Below are positions 1-8,843 of a DNA stretch of 32,000 bases, in pieces; the first letter of the stretch is position 1; each line of letters begins with the position of its first letter. The stretch comes from Candidatus Nanohalobium constans (GTDB lineage: Archaea; Nanohalarchaeota; Nanosalinia; Nanosalinales; Nanosalinaceae). The DNA lies in assembly GCF_009617975.1 (NCBI RefSeq), contig NZ_CP040089.1:450001-482000 (forward strand), written 5' to 3'. The position numbers and the translations under genes are program-made. The notes under the pieces were generated by a model. The model saw nothing but the letters and a program-made list of their open reading frames with translations, was not told where the DNA came from and did not search any database.

Positions 1-300
1 TTCTTCAATTCTTTCCATGAGTTCATCTTCTGGTCTTCCTCCGCCGTTTGGAGACATGTTGTGCCAGAAGATTTCGTGCAGAATATTCCCACAGAAGTTG
101 TGAGTGAAAGAGTTTAGAAGTGCTCCCGTTCCTGAGAAGTCGCCTTCTTCTCTCTGTTCCTGTAATCCTTCTTCTGCACTGTTCCAGCCGTCTACATAGC
201 CTTGATGGTGGACATCGTGATGCCATTCCATCACTTGTTCGGAGATGTACGGGGTTAGGGCGTCGTAATCATACGGTAGTTTGACAAGTCCTTGATTCAT
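1..300 (-). CDS. sod: Fe/Mn superoxide dismutase, N-terminal 100 codons (gene continues past the window edge)
   Basis: The minus-strand frame from ATG at 300..298 stays open to position 1. Translation MNQGLVKLPYDYDALTPYISEQVMEWHHDVHHQGYVDGWN...THNFCGNILHEIFWHNMSP carries the Fe/Mn-SOD N-terminal signatures (LPYDYDAL.P, HH..HH, H..FW). It is absent from the ORF track because the window truncates it. Confidence 0.85.
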   Translation of the reverse strand, partial: MNQGLVKLPYDYDALTPYISEQVMEWHHDVHHQGYVDGWNSAEEGLQEQREEGDFSGTGALLNSFTHNFCGNILHEIFWHNMSPNGGGRPEDELMERIEE

Positions 301-424
301 AGAGAATTGATTCACCTTACGATAAGTAATTGGGTTTCGAATGGTTAAAAGCTGAGGTTGCTTCTAGTTGGAGAAGTTGGTTTGATTAAGAAATAAGAAA
401 AGTGAATAAGGGGTTCCCCAGGGT

Positions 425-1114
425 TTACTGGGTTGTGTTTGTTGTCTGGTTGTTTCCTGTCTGATTCTCAGGTTGCTGTTCTGCTTGTTGTGCTCTTTGA
501 ATCAGTTGGTCGATGTCATAGGCTACGTTCTGTGCGCCGAAAGGACTTCTTACCTGTTCTGGGAATAGAATCTTCCCGTCTGTAGTCAGGTAGAACATCT
601 GTGACTGTGTCTGCTGTGTACCGTTCACTGTCCTATCTACGGATGCATTAATGTAGTACATGTTGTTCTTAGGCTCTGCAGTCACTGAAATCTGATCTTC
701 TGGCTGTCCGCTTGCCACCAGGAAGTCTTCTACTTTCTCGGTTGCCTGTGTCTGGGAGATCTGGTCTCCTCCCATTGAAGGCATAAGCAAAGATCCTACA
801 AGAAGACCTGCTATAATTCCGAATAGTGCTCCTCCGCTGACAAGCTGTACGCGGTTGAAGCTTCCTAGAAGTCCTTCGCTTGTCTCTTCTTCGATTTCTT
901 CGACAAGTTCTTCTTCTACTTCTTCCTGTTCCTCTACTTCTTCATGGATTTCCTCTTCTACTTCTTCTCCAATCTTCTTTTCTAGGAATTCCTTTACGGT
1001 TTTACGGTCTTTGCCTTGCTCCTCTTCTTTGAGAAGTTCTTCATAGTTTACATCTGAGGCGTCTCGGATTTTTTCCTTGACCTCGTCAACAGTTCCATCT
1101 AGATAATCTGCCAT
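425..1114 (-). CDS. Hypothetical single-pass membrane protein: acidic N-terminal region, one TM segment, Q/N/T-rich C-terminal tail
   Basis: Long ORF with halophile-like acidic composition and one hydrophobic segment (LVSGGALFGIIAGLLVGSLLM). The track start at 1135 is TTG; the in-frame ATG at 1114 (MADYLDG...) is more likely. No family recognised. Confidence 0.55.
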   Translation of the reverse strand: MADYLDGTVDEVKEKIRDASDVNYEELLKEEEQGKDRKTVKEFLEKKIGEEVEEEIHEEVEEQEEVEEELVEEIEEETSEGLLGSFNRVQLVSGGALFGIIAGLLVGSLLMPSMGGDQISQTQATEKVEDFLVASGQPEDQISVTAEPKNNMYYINASVDRTVNGTQQTQSQMFYLTTDGKILFPEQVRSPFGAQNVAYDIDQLIQRAQQAEQQPENQTGNNQTTNTTQ

Positions 1115-1210
1115 ATATGCATAAATTCTGTCCAAGCAGGCTTATAAAATATTTACACTGTCCGCCCTCTTTCCCAACCTATAAAACCTGCCGCAGACTC
1201 ACTCACAACT

Positions 1211-2197
1211 ATGACAGTAGAAAAAGTCGCCTGGTTTGACACAGAAAACTGGGAGAAAGAATACCTTGAGAACAAGGATTTCCCCTTTGAGATAAAATTC
1301 TTTGAGGAAAGCTTAACCAAGGATACAGCAGCCAAGACAGAAGGTTTTGATGCAGTATCCGTCTTTGTTTCTTCCCAGGTCAGCTCTGAAGTAATTGAGG
1401 AGTTAGATGTCGATATAATCGCTTGTAGGTCTACAGGATTCGATCATGTCGACATTGAAACAGCCTCAGAACAAGGCATCAAAATATGCAATGTCCCAAG
1501 ATATGGTGCTAATACGGTAGCAGAACACGCATTCGGTTTAATCCTAACACTTTCCAGGAGGATTCACGAGGCGATTAGTAAGGTAGAGAACGGTGAGTTT
1601 GACCATCAAGGGCTGAAGGGTTTTGATCTTGAGGGGAAAACGCTGGGAGTTGTAGGGACGGGCAGTATAGGTCAGAAAGTTATCGAAATGGCACACGGAT
1701 TTAACATGGATGTCCTAGCATCTGACCCATACCCCAAAGAGGGCTTGGAAGAAGAGCTAGGCTTCATGTATGTCTCGATGGAAGACTTGATCAAAAAGTC
1801 TGATATAATAACTATTCACTGTCCTTTAACTGATGAAAACCACCACTTATTCTCTGAGGAACAGTTCAAGCTAATGGATGAAACTGTTCTGATTAATACG
1901 GCTCGTGGAGAGTTAGTAGATACAACTGCGCTGATAAGAGCATTGGAAAACGGGAATGTTTCCCGGGCAGGACTTGATGTACTGGAAGAGGAATGTGTTA
2001 TAGAGGAAGACATTGAGATCCTGGGTGATATCAGTGATGAATGCGACCCACAGAAGATAGTGGAAGATCATATCTTGATGGAGCGGGATGATGTAGTAGT
2101 GACTCCTCATAACGCTTTCAACAGTAGAGAAGCACTTCAGAGGATAGAAGATAAAACTCTAGAGAATATCGAAAAAGGAAGAAATACGGTGAACTGA
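1211..2197 (+). CDS. D-isomer-specific 2-hydroxyacid dehydrogenase (D-lactate dehydrogenase-like)
   Basis: NAD-binding GxGxxG (GVVGTGSIGQKV), a catalytic-domain layout collinear with LdhA-type enzymes (RSTGFDHVD, NVPRYGANTVAEHAFGL, INTARGELVD, VTPHNAF), 328 aa. Confidence 0.85.
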   Translation: MTVEKVAWFDTENWEKEYLENKDFPFEIKFFEESLTKDTAAKTEGFDAVSVFVSSQVSSEVIEELDVDIIACRSTGFDHVDIETASEQGIKICNVPRYGANTVAEHAFGLILTLSRRIHEAISKVENGEFDHQGLKGFDLEGKTLGVVGTGSIGQKVIEMAHGFNMDVLASDPYPKEGLEEELGFMYVSMEDLIKKSDIITIHCPLTDENHHLFSEEQFKLMDETVLINTARGELVDTTALIRALENGNVSRAGLDVLEEECVIEEDIEILGDISDECDPQKIVEDHILMERDDVVVTPHNAFNSREALQRIEDKTLENIEKGRNTVN

Positions 2198-2201
2198 TCT
2201 T

Positions 2202-3332
2202 TTACCAGTGCTCTTCGATTAGTGCTGAGGAGAAAAGTATCAGCATTGAGAACACTACTATTTCTATCCATATACCTCTGTAGATGACTGAGGCGAAGAG
2301 TAGGGGTACTATGACGATGCTTTCTATTATCAGGAATTTGATGAATGTTCCTGTCTGGTAGAATCGGATATTTGGCTTCAACTTAGTCAGTTTCTCAACT
2401 ACCACCAAGCTGTACATAGTAGTGGTATAGCCGATTAACAGAGCCAAGAAAAGGTCACCAGGATAGAACAGGTAGGCCACAAGAATCAATAATGTGGTTA
2501 AAGGCAAGGTTAGGATTGTGTAGGCCTTTTTCTTTGAATCCACAAGACTTCTGTACTTGACAGGCAGGTAGTCGTAGTCTTTCAACGAGTCAAAACGATT
2601 AATCCAGTTGTAGACGCTGAGATTGGCGATTCCTACGACGACGCTGAATGAAAGCAGAGGATTCCGCAGAAATGCATTAGCGATGGGGAAGAAGAACACG
2701 AAATACCAGTAGAAGAATGTCAGTAAACCCAGGGAAAAAATAATCTTCAAGAAACCGCCGGTCGACCGTGAAACATCGATGAATGCCTTGTTAGTGAGAG
2801 AATCAATCGGGAGATCCATTTCTGGTTTCAAGATTCTAGGTCGAGTGAAATGACTGATTGAAAGGCTTAGAGCTGCTGCTAAGCTGAAGAAACCCATCAT
2901 TTCCGGAAGAGAATAGATCACAGGGAGGTGGAAAACTGCGAAACCTGCTGTCACAGGCAAGGTAAGTATCAAGCTGTAATACAGTATGTCTTTTATCAGG
3001 AATGCCGCGCCTAATTTCCGCCCACTCAACGGAAGTGTTTGGGATGTATATACGAGATACTCGGTCTGACCTAATACATTTTGGAAAGCGTCTCTGCCGT
3101 AGAAACCGATAGTGCCTGCTGCCAGACCGAACATTCCACCTAAGGCAAGAAGTCCTGCATCCAGGATTTCAGGATTGAGTGTGGAATAATTAACTGTGAA
3201 GTATGAGAATGCTGCGGCAAAAATGAAAACCAGTACAGGGAAAAGTGCAAAGCTGTGACCTCTGTAAATCCGGGAGTGGCTTCTCCATTCTTCAACCATC
3301 ATCATCCATACAATCTTCAAGAACTGTTTCAT
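2202..3332 (-). CDS. Polytopic membrane protein, putative permease partner of the adjacent ABC ATPase
   Basis: About 10 hydrophobic segments. Its ATG overlaps the upstream ATPase stop in ATGA (3329..3332), which implies translational coupling. Confidence 0.6.
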   Translation of the reverse strand: MKQFLKIVWMMMVEEWRSHSRIYRGHSFALFPVLVFIFAAAFSYFTVNYSTLNPEILDAGLLALGGMFGLAAGTIGFYGRDAFQNVLGQTEYLVYTSQTLPLSGRKLGAAFLIKDILYYSLILTLPVTAGFAVFHLPVIYSLPEMMGFFSLAAALSLSISHFTRPRILKPEMDLPIDSLTNKAFIDVSRSTGGFLKIIFSLGLLTFFYWYFVFFFPIANAFLRNPLLSFSVVVGIANLSVYNWINRFDSLKDYDYLPVKYRSLVDSKKKAYTILTLPLTTLLILVAYLFYPGDLFLALLIGYTTTMYSLVVVEKLTKLKPNIRFYQTGTFIKFLIIESIVIVPLLFASVIYRGIWIEIVVFSMLILFSSALIEEHW

Positions 3333-4006
3333 TGTGACTCAAAGAACTTTTCTCGAAGGTTTTCCACTTCCGTTACCTCCTCAACAATCTCGCCATCATC
3401 CATGAAAAATACTCTATCACACAACTCCTCAGCTAGTTCAACGACATGAGTGCACATGAAAACAGTACCGCCATCGTCCCGATGCTCCTGGAATATTTTC
3501 TTAGCCTCTTCCTGGATAAAAGGATCTAAATTAATCAACGGTTCGTCGATAAATACGATTTCAGGTTCGTGGAAGAAAGACTGGGCAATCATCAGTTTCT
3601 GGCGCTCACCTTTCGACAAATCATGCGTAATTTTATTCAAGTCTCCGCCCAGGTTCAACCTTTGAACCCATTTACTATCAACAAACTCTTCACCGCGGAT
3701 ATCGCTGCAGAAATCCATGAACTCTTTCCCAGTCAAAAAGCTTGGTGGATCCTCTCGTTCAGGCAGAATACCTATATCCTCTCTCAGTTTAACTCCTTCC
3801 TTATCAGGGTCTTTACCAAGAACTCTGACTTCGCCAGAATCACGATTCATCTGGCCGGACAGAACCTTAATCAATGTGGATTTTCCTGCCCCGTTAGGAC
3901 CTAGAACACCAATAATCTCTCCTTCATCAACTTTGAAAGAAACATCTCGAAGAGCATCCACATCATCAAATTCTTTGGACAAGTTATCTGCCCTGATAAC
4001 ACTCAT
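3329..4006 (-). CDS. ABC transporter ATP-binding protein
   Basis: Walker A GPNGAGKST, ABC signature LSKGERQKL, Walker B IVFIDEPLINLD, H-loop CTHV. The track start (GTG at 4030) is probably too long; ATG at 4006 gives MSVIRADNLSKEF. Confidence 0.9.
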   Translation of the reverse strand: MSVIRADNLSKEFDDVDALRDVSFKVDEGEIIGVLGPNGAGKSTLIKVLSGQMNRDSGEVRVLGKDPDKEGVKLREDIGILPEREDPPSFLTGKEFMDFCSDIRGEEFVDSKWVQRLNLGGDLNKITHDLSKGERQKLMIAQSFFHEPEIVFIDEPLINLDPFIQEEAKKIFQEHRDDGGTVFMCTHVVELAEELCDRVFFMDDGEIVEEVTEVENLREKFFESQ

Positions 4007-4094
4007 ACACAGATATTTCTCAGACCCCACTTATTGATGTTTCCCCTTCGATGTACCTGGTTTAATAGTCTTCCACTGCTAAAAAACAGGTATT

Positions 4095-5219
4095 GTGAAA
4101 CAGGAAATCACGGTAGACGGAAAAGAGATCACCGTAGTCGGGACAGCACATGTATCGGAAGAAAGCCGCAGAGAAGTAAGACAGACAATAGAAGAGGTTC
4201 AGCCCGACCTTGTGGGAATAGAACTGGATGAGGATAGGCTAAACTCTTTGAGGGAAGACTCAGGATGGAAAGACTTAGACCTATCGGAAGCTATCAAGGA
4301 AGGTAAAGCACCTTTACTGCTTGTAAATCTTTTTCTCTCAATATACCAACGACATCTTGGAATACAAGAAGGAACGAAACCAGGACAGGAAATGCTGGAA
4401 GCAGTAGAGGCTGCAGAAGAAAACAGTATCGAATACTCGTTGCTCGATAGAGACATAAATGAGACACTTAGCAGAGCATTCTCACAACTAACAATCTGGG
4501 AGAAAATAAAGCTTACAGGCTCCATATTCGCAGGAAAAGAAGAGATGAATGTAGAGGAACTAAAAGAGGGTGATATGCTGGACGGAATAGTATCAGAACT
4601 TGAAAAACAACTCCCATCACTCAACAAAGTCTTCCTGGAAGAAAGAAACACTTTCATGGCAGAGAAACTGATGGAACAGGATTTTGACCGAGCTGTAGTT
4701 GTAGTAGGAGCTGCACATGTCAAAGGAATGATAGAAGATATCGAAGAACAGAAAAAATACTCAATTCAAGACGGAAAAAGTATTTCATGGACGAAAATCA
4801 TAAGTTATGGAGTCCCTGCATTTATTATAGCAGGTCTAGGTTATGCATTCTATCAAATCGGTTTTTCAACCGGTGTTGATGCAACAGCGTTCTGGATACT
4901 GAGTAACGGGATTTTGGCTATGTTTGGAGCAATAATAGCTCGATCACATATCTCTACATGGATCACTTCATTTATTGCCGCACCTCTAACTTCTCTGGAT
5001 CCTGCTCTGGGTGCTGGAATGGTTGCCTCGTATGCGGAAGCCAAGTTCCACCCGCCAACAATAGAGGAAATGGAGGAAGTGACCAAGGTAGAGAACTATC
5101 GCAGTCTGTGGGATAATCAGGCGGGTCGAGTACTTTTGACATTTTTCTTCGTAACTCTAGGTAGCGCAGCCGCAACATTCCTGTCAGCTGGCTTCATCGC
5201 CTCACTGATCGGACTTTAA
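4095..5219 (+). CDS. TraB/PrgY/GumN-family protein with C-terminal transmembrane region
   Basis: N-terminal ITVVGTAHVSEESRREV...PDLVGIELDEDR and a second VVVVGAAHV motif typical of TraB-family proteins. Hydrophobic C-terminal third. GTG start. Confidence 0.75.
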   Translation: MKQEITVDGKEITVVGTAHVSEESRREVRQTIEEVQPDLVGIELDEDRLNSLREDSGWKDLDLSEAIKEGKAPLLLVNLFLSIYQRHLGIQEGTKPGQEMLEAVEAAEENSIEYSLLDRDINETLSRAFSQLTIWEKIKLTGSIFAGKEEMNVEELKEGDMLDGIVSELEKQLPSLNKVFLEERNTFMAEKLMEQDFDRAVVVVGAAHVKGMIEDIEEQKKYSIQDGKSISWTKIISYGVPAFIIAGLGYAFYQIGFSTGVDATAFWILSNGILAMFGAIIARSHISTWITSFIAAPLTSLDPALGAGMVASYAEAKFHPPTIEEMEEVTKVENYRSLWDNQAGRVLLTFFFVTLGSAAATFLSAGFIASLIGL

Positions 5220-5244
5220 AACACTGAGAAAACAACTAATAGCC

Positions 5245-5625
5245 ATGAACGAAGAAGTCGGCAAGCACAAAGGCGCAATCGAAACACTGATGCACGAAAA
5301 GAAAGAACTATCAAGACTACTTCAAATCGTCAACTCACAGCTAGAAAGACACCTAAATGCATTAGACGAAGCAGGAGTAGATACAGACCAGTTCGTCCAA
5401 CAGATCCAACAACAAGGACAACAACAGCAGCAAAACAGCGGTCAGAGACAAAATACGCAGAGACAGCAAAACAGCCAAGCCAACCAACGCCAAAAACAAA
5501 ACCAGAGCAACTCCAGAAACAACAGGAATCAAGGAAGAAACCAGCAATCAAACAGAAACCAAAACTCAAGAACACAGAACAATACTGAGGAAGAATCCGA
5601 AGACCAAGACTTCAATCCGCTCTAG
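5245..5625 (+). CDS. Small protein with N-terminal coiled-coil-like segment and a Q/N/R-rich low-complexity domain
   Basis: ATG start, 126 aa. About 70 residues are almost only Q, N, R, S (QQIQQQGQQQQQNSGQRQNTQRQQNSQANQRQKQNQSNSRNNRNQGRNQQSNRNQNSRTQNN), followed by an acidic tail. Its stop shares the palindrome CTAG with the convergent rhomboid gene. Confidence 0.55.
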   Translation: MNEEVGKHKGAIETLMHEKKELSRLLQIVNSQLERHLNALDEAGVDTDQFVQQIQQQGQQQQQNSGQRQNTQRQQNSQANQRQKQNQSNSRNNRNQGRNQQSNRNQNSRTQNNTEEESEDQDFNPL

Positions 5626-6254
5626 TCTATCATCCATTTTTCTTCCCAATCCCTGATTTTCTGTTTCCAGGAATCTTCTAATTCAGTGTTGTCGCTGTTT
5701 TTTTCTTTGCCGTATTTTTTGTCTCTGAGTTGGATGCCGATTATGCTTCCTGCTAGTACTCCTAGTAGGTGTGCTTCGTTGGCTACATTGGTTGCTGCTG
5801 TTAGACCGGATAGGTCGATAAGTATGTAGGAAAGTAGTACTGCCCACATGGGTAGTGGTACTCCAAGCCCTAAGCCGATTTGGTTTGGGCGGTAGGCTGC
5901 TAGTGCTGCCATTACTCCCATTCCTCCGGCTGATGCTCCGATTATAAACGAGTTTGGGTAGAATATGAATGCTGTCAAATTCCCGGCTAATGCGGAAATT
6001 AGGAAAGTAGTTAGGAATGTTTTTGATGATGTCCATTTTTCGTAGATTGAGCCGAAGAGTGCTATGAAGAACAGGTTGTTTGTCAGGTGTTCTATTCCGG
6101 AGTGACCGATTATTGATGTGAAGAACTTCCAGAAGGGTTCACCTGGTTTGAAACCGGGGTTAAATCCGGAGAATGTTTGGATGGTGTAGACTGCTACTAG
6201 TAGGCTGCACAGCTTTAATGCAGTGTAATTAAATCCTGTTTTCTGTTTTTCCAC
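5622..6254 (-). CDS. Rhomboid-family intramembrane serine protease
   Basis: HSGIEHLTNNL (H...H...N), GASAGGMG (GxSxG catalytic Ser) and EAHLLGVLAG (catalytic His) set in a 6-TM-like hydrophobic pattern. GTG start. Confidence 0.8.
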   Translation of the reverse strand: MEKQKTGFNYTALKLCSLLVAVYTIQTFSGFNPGFKPGEPFWKFFTSIIGHSGIEHLTNNLFFIALFGSIYEKWTSSKTFLTTFLISALAGNLTAFIFYPNSFIIGASAGGMGVMAALAAYRPNQIGLGLGVPLPMWAVLLSYILIDLSGLTAATNVANEAHLLGVLAGSIIGIQLRDKKYGKEKNSDNTELEDSWKQKIRDWEEKWMID

Positions 6255-6334
6255 AGATAGGTTTAGTTTGGTCCAGTTTTTTAGCAGTTCGCAAATAGAA
6301 GAAAAAGGTAAGGGAATAAAGGAGGAGTTTGTTT

Positions 6335-7291
6335 TTATCCTGTGATCTGGTTGACTATTATGACTTCTGCGTGTCTTCCGTTGTAACCTGGTTCAAGTCT
6401 GATTGTTCCGTCAGAGTCTTCGCTGCTGTTAAAGTCTTCTACATTGCTTACAGGAGTGTTTCGGTTCTCCCATTTTTCTATGTATCCCAGTGTCTCTACT
6501 TTGTCTGCGTCAGGTCCTGAGATTGTTTCCTGGCTGTAGGAGTAAGTCTGGTTAAGTCGGAGATCGTGGAACTCTGCGCATTCCGCATCGAGATATCCAT
6601 CTCCCTCTCTCAGCTCTTCGCTCGTCCCTACAAGGTCTGCAACCTGATTGATTGGAGTGTCAAATGTGATTGTCTCCGCATCATTATACGGAATACTTGT
6701 TTCTACGCTGAAAGTTGTGTCAACAGTTTCACCTGTGATAACTTCCCCGTTCTGATTTAGGAGAATCTTACAGACCTTGATAGATCCTTCACGATGAATA
6801 TCCTGATCATGCTTGTAGTGGTCTCGTGGATTAGGATAGCTAAGATAGTCCTCACCTACATGACTTGGTTCAGGTGCAGGAGTTACAGTACGCTCCTCAA
6901 CAACCGTCCCATCATCTTCTGATCCATCAGACTCATCTCCTTCATCAGACTCCCCGGACTCATCGCCGTCCTCAGGAGTTTCTGAATCCTCACTGTCCTC
7001 ACTTCCATCATACTCATCTGAGTTACACGGACTGTCCACACCGATAACACATACGCCCACATCACTTTCAGAATCACTATCATCACCGTTCTCAGGGGTC
7101 TCAGAATCGTCGCCATCTTCACTGAAGAAATTATCGTCATCAAACGAAATATCTATACTAGAACCCTCCGAGAAAAAAGAATCCCCGGAACCCTCATCGA
7201 AAAAATCGTCTTCGAAAAAACTCTCAGAGCCTGAAGCCGCACCAAGCCCCACCGTAACCATAACCGCCGCAATCAACGCTATTGTTTTCAT
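6335..7291 (-). CDS. Secreted or anchored hyperacidic protein with D/E/S-rich repeats and a C-terminal globular domain
   Basis: Signal-peptide-like MKTIALIAAVMVTVGLGAASG from ATG 7291 (the track start 7315 is GTG). Repeated DSETPE(D/N)GD(E/D)S units. The last ~170 aa are not low complexity. Confidence 0.6.
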   Translation of the reverse strand: MKTIALIAAVMVTVGLGAASGSESFFEDDFFDEGSGDSFFSEGSSIDISFDDDNFFSEDGDDSETPENGDDSDSESDVGVCVIGVDSPCNSDEYDGSEDSEDSETPEDGDESGESDEGDESDGSEDDGTVVEERTVTPAPEPSHVGEDYLSYPNPRDHYKHDQDIHREGSIKVCKILLNQNGEVITGETVDTTFSVETSIPYNDAETITFDTPINQVADLVGTSEELREGDGYLDAECAEFHDLRLNQTYSYSQETISGPDADKVETLGYIEKWENRNTPVSNVEDFNSSEDSDGTIRLEPGYNGRHAEVIIVNQITG

Positions 7292-7610
7292 ACCATACAA
7301 GAGACACTCAACCACTCAAAAACACTTAGACACTCCAAAACAATCACAGAAACATTGCATAAACAAAGATATGTGCTCTCCCCCAAGACAAGCAAAAGAA
7401 TTAAAACAGTAGCATCCAACAGGTCATTCATGACTGGTGAATATGTTCCTCAACTTTCAGCATTCTAGAGGGAGTTTTCTTAGTCGCCGGTCTATTGAAT
7501 TCTATGTGATTTCTATGACACAAGACTCAACTACGGGTGGACGCGTTCCACTTATGGAAATTATCTAAACTGGTTCAAAACCTTTCAAAAACGGTTTCTG
7601 GTGAAATTGG

Positions 7611-8813
7611 ATGAGACGCAGTGATTTGTTCGCCACTGTATCCAAAGAGTCTGTCTCAGATGCTGACTGCCGTAGCGAAGAGTTGGCGATTAAAGCAGGT
7701 CTGATTCACAGTTACGGCTCAGGAACCTTTGGATACACTCATCTCGGGAAGAAAGTGCTCGATAACATTGAAGAAGTAATTAGAGATGAGATAGATGAGG
7801 TAGCTCAAGAAGTCAGAATGAATCTCCTGCAGACCTCTAAACTATGGAAAGAAAGTGGTCGGTGGAAAGACTTCGAGGGGGAAGAGTTCTTCCACTTCAA
7901 AAACAGAGATGACAAGGATTTCTGTCTAGCAGCAACACATGAAGAAGCAGTGGTTGGAATGGCTCGAAAGTTTGTAAGAAGCTACAGAGATCTCGACTTC
8001 ACAGTTTATCAGATTGGTCGTAAGTTCCGTGATGACCATGCTAGGAAAGGACTTCTAAGGGCTAAAGAATTCACGATGAAGGATGCCTACAGCTTCCACA
8101 GAAATGAAGACAAACTTGATAGGAAATTTGAAGAGATGATGGAAGTCTACCGCAGAATCTTTGACAGAATAGGACTTGAGTACTCTGTGGTAGGTGCTGA
8201 TAACGGCTCAATGGGTGGAGATACCTCAAGGGAGTTCATCGCCGAGGCAGAGGTCGGTAGCGACACCTACATGAAATGCAGAGGCTGTGAGTTTGGCACT
8301 AAAAACCTAGAGGCTTCAGAATGCCGTGAATGCGGATCTGAACTAGAAAAAGTAAATGGCATTGAGGTTGGTCACTGCTTCAAACTTGGCACTAGATACA
8401 GCAGCTCAATGAACTTAGACTTCACTACTGAGGAAGGAGAGAACAAATCGGTGGTCATGGGCTGTTACGGCATCGGAGTTTCCCGCCTGATTTCAGCTAT
8501 TATCGAACAAAGCAACGATGATCAAGGGATAACCTGGAACCGGGAAGTTGCAGCATTTGACACAGCAGTAGTCCTCGCTAGCGAAGAAGAAAAAGCCTGT
8601 AACAAGGCGGAGAAAATTTATCAGGACCTAAGTGAGGAAGAGGAAATTCTTCTCTACGAGGGAGAAATGTCGATCGGTGAGAAATTTGCCGAAGCAGATC
8701 TGATAGGAGTGAACAGGAAAGTTATCGTCGGCAACAATTTTCTCGAGAATGGAGTTATCGAAGTAGAAGATAGAACAGGTCATACCGAACTCGTCAAGGA
8801 GGTGGCAAAATAA
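7611..8813 (+). CDS. proS: Prolyl-tRNA synthetase, bacterial-type architecture, lacking the INS editing domain
   Basis: Collinear with bacterial ProRS: MRRSDLF..SKE...DA, ESGRW, ATHEE, YQIGRKFRDD..ARKGLLRAKEFTMKDAYSFH (motif 2 region), GIEVGHCFKLGTRYS, MGCYGIGVSRLISAIIEQ (motif 3), and a C-terminal anticodon-binding domain. It is only 400 aa: about 40 residues with a CxxC...CxxC sit where the ~180-aa INS domain normally lies. Confidence 0.9.
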   Translation: MRRSDLFATVSKESVSDADCRSEELAIKAGLIHSYGSGTFGYTHLGKKVLDNIEEVIRDEIDEVAQEVRMNLLQTSKLWKESGRWKDFEGEEFFHFKNRDDKDFCLAATHEEAVVGMARKFVRSYRDLDFTVYQIGRKFRDDHARKGLLRAKEFTMKDAYSFHRNEDKLDRKFEEMMEVYRRIFDRIGLEYSVVGADNGSMGGDTSREFIAEAEVGSDTYMKCRGCEFGTKNLEASECRECGSELEKVNGIEVGHCFKLGTRYSSSMNLDFTTEEGENKSVVMGCYGIGVSRLISAIIEQSNDDQGITWNREVAAFDTAVVLASEEEKACNKAEKIYQDLSEEEEILLYEGEMSIGEKFAEADLIGVNRKVIVGNNFLENGVIEVEDRTGHTELVKEVAK

Positions 8814-8843
8814 ATCTACCTCCTTTAACCTCTCCCGTAAAAT

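Noticed and set aside
855-1046. Serine-rich antisense track ORFs. Examples: 855..1046+, 3450..3665+, 3569..3904+, 3717..4037+, 4199..4723-, 10345..10923+, 14291..14533+, 14850..15143+, 17514..17827+, 18634..18944+, 19034..19774+, 30572..30904-, 31001..31228-.
   Set aside because: They lie opposite confidently identified genes and have S/L/C-rich, non-acidic composition. That is the expected mirror of GAA/GAG/GAT-rich coding strands. None carries a motif.
5330-5575. Two minus-strand ORFs antisense to the Q/N-rich gene (5330..5575, 5362..5547).
   Set aside because: They are hydrophobic L/V/F-rich translations generated by the complement of CAA/CAG/AAC repeats. They are nested in the same low-complexity DNA and have no start context.
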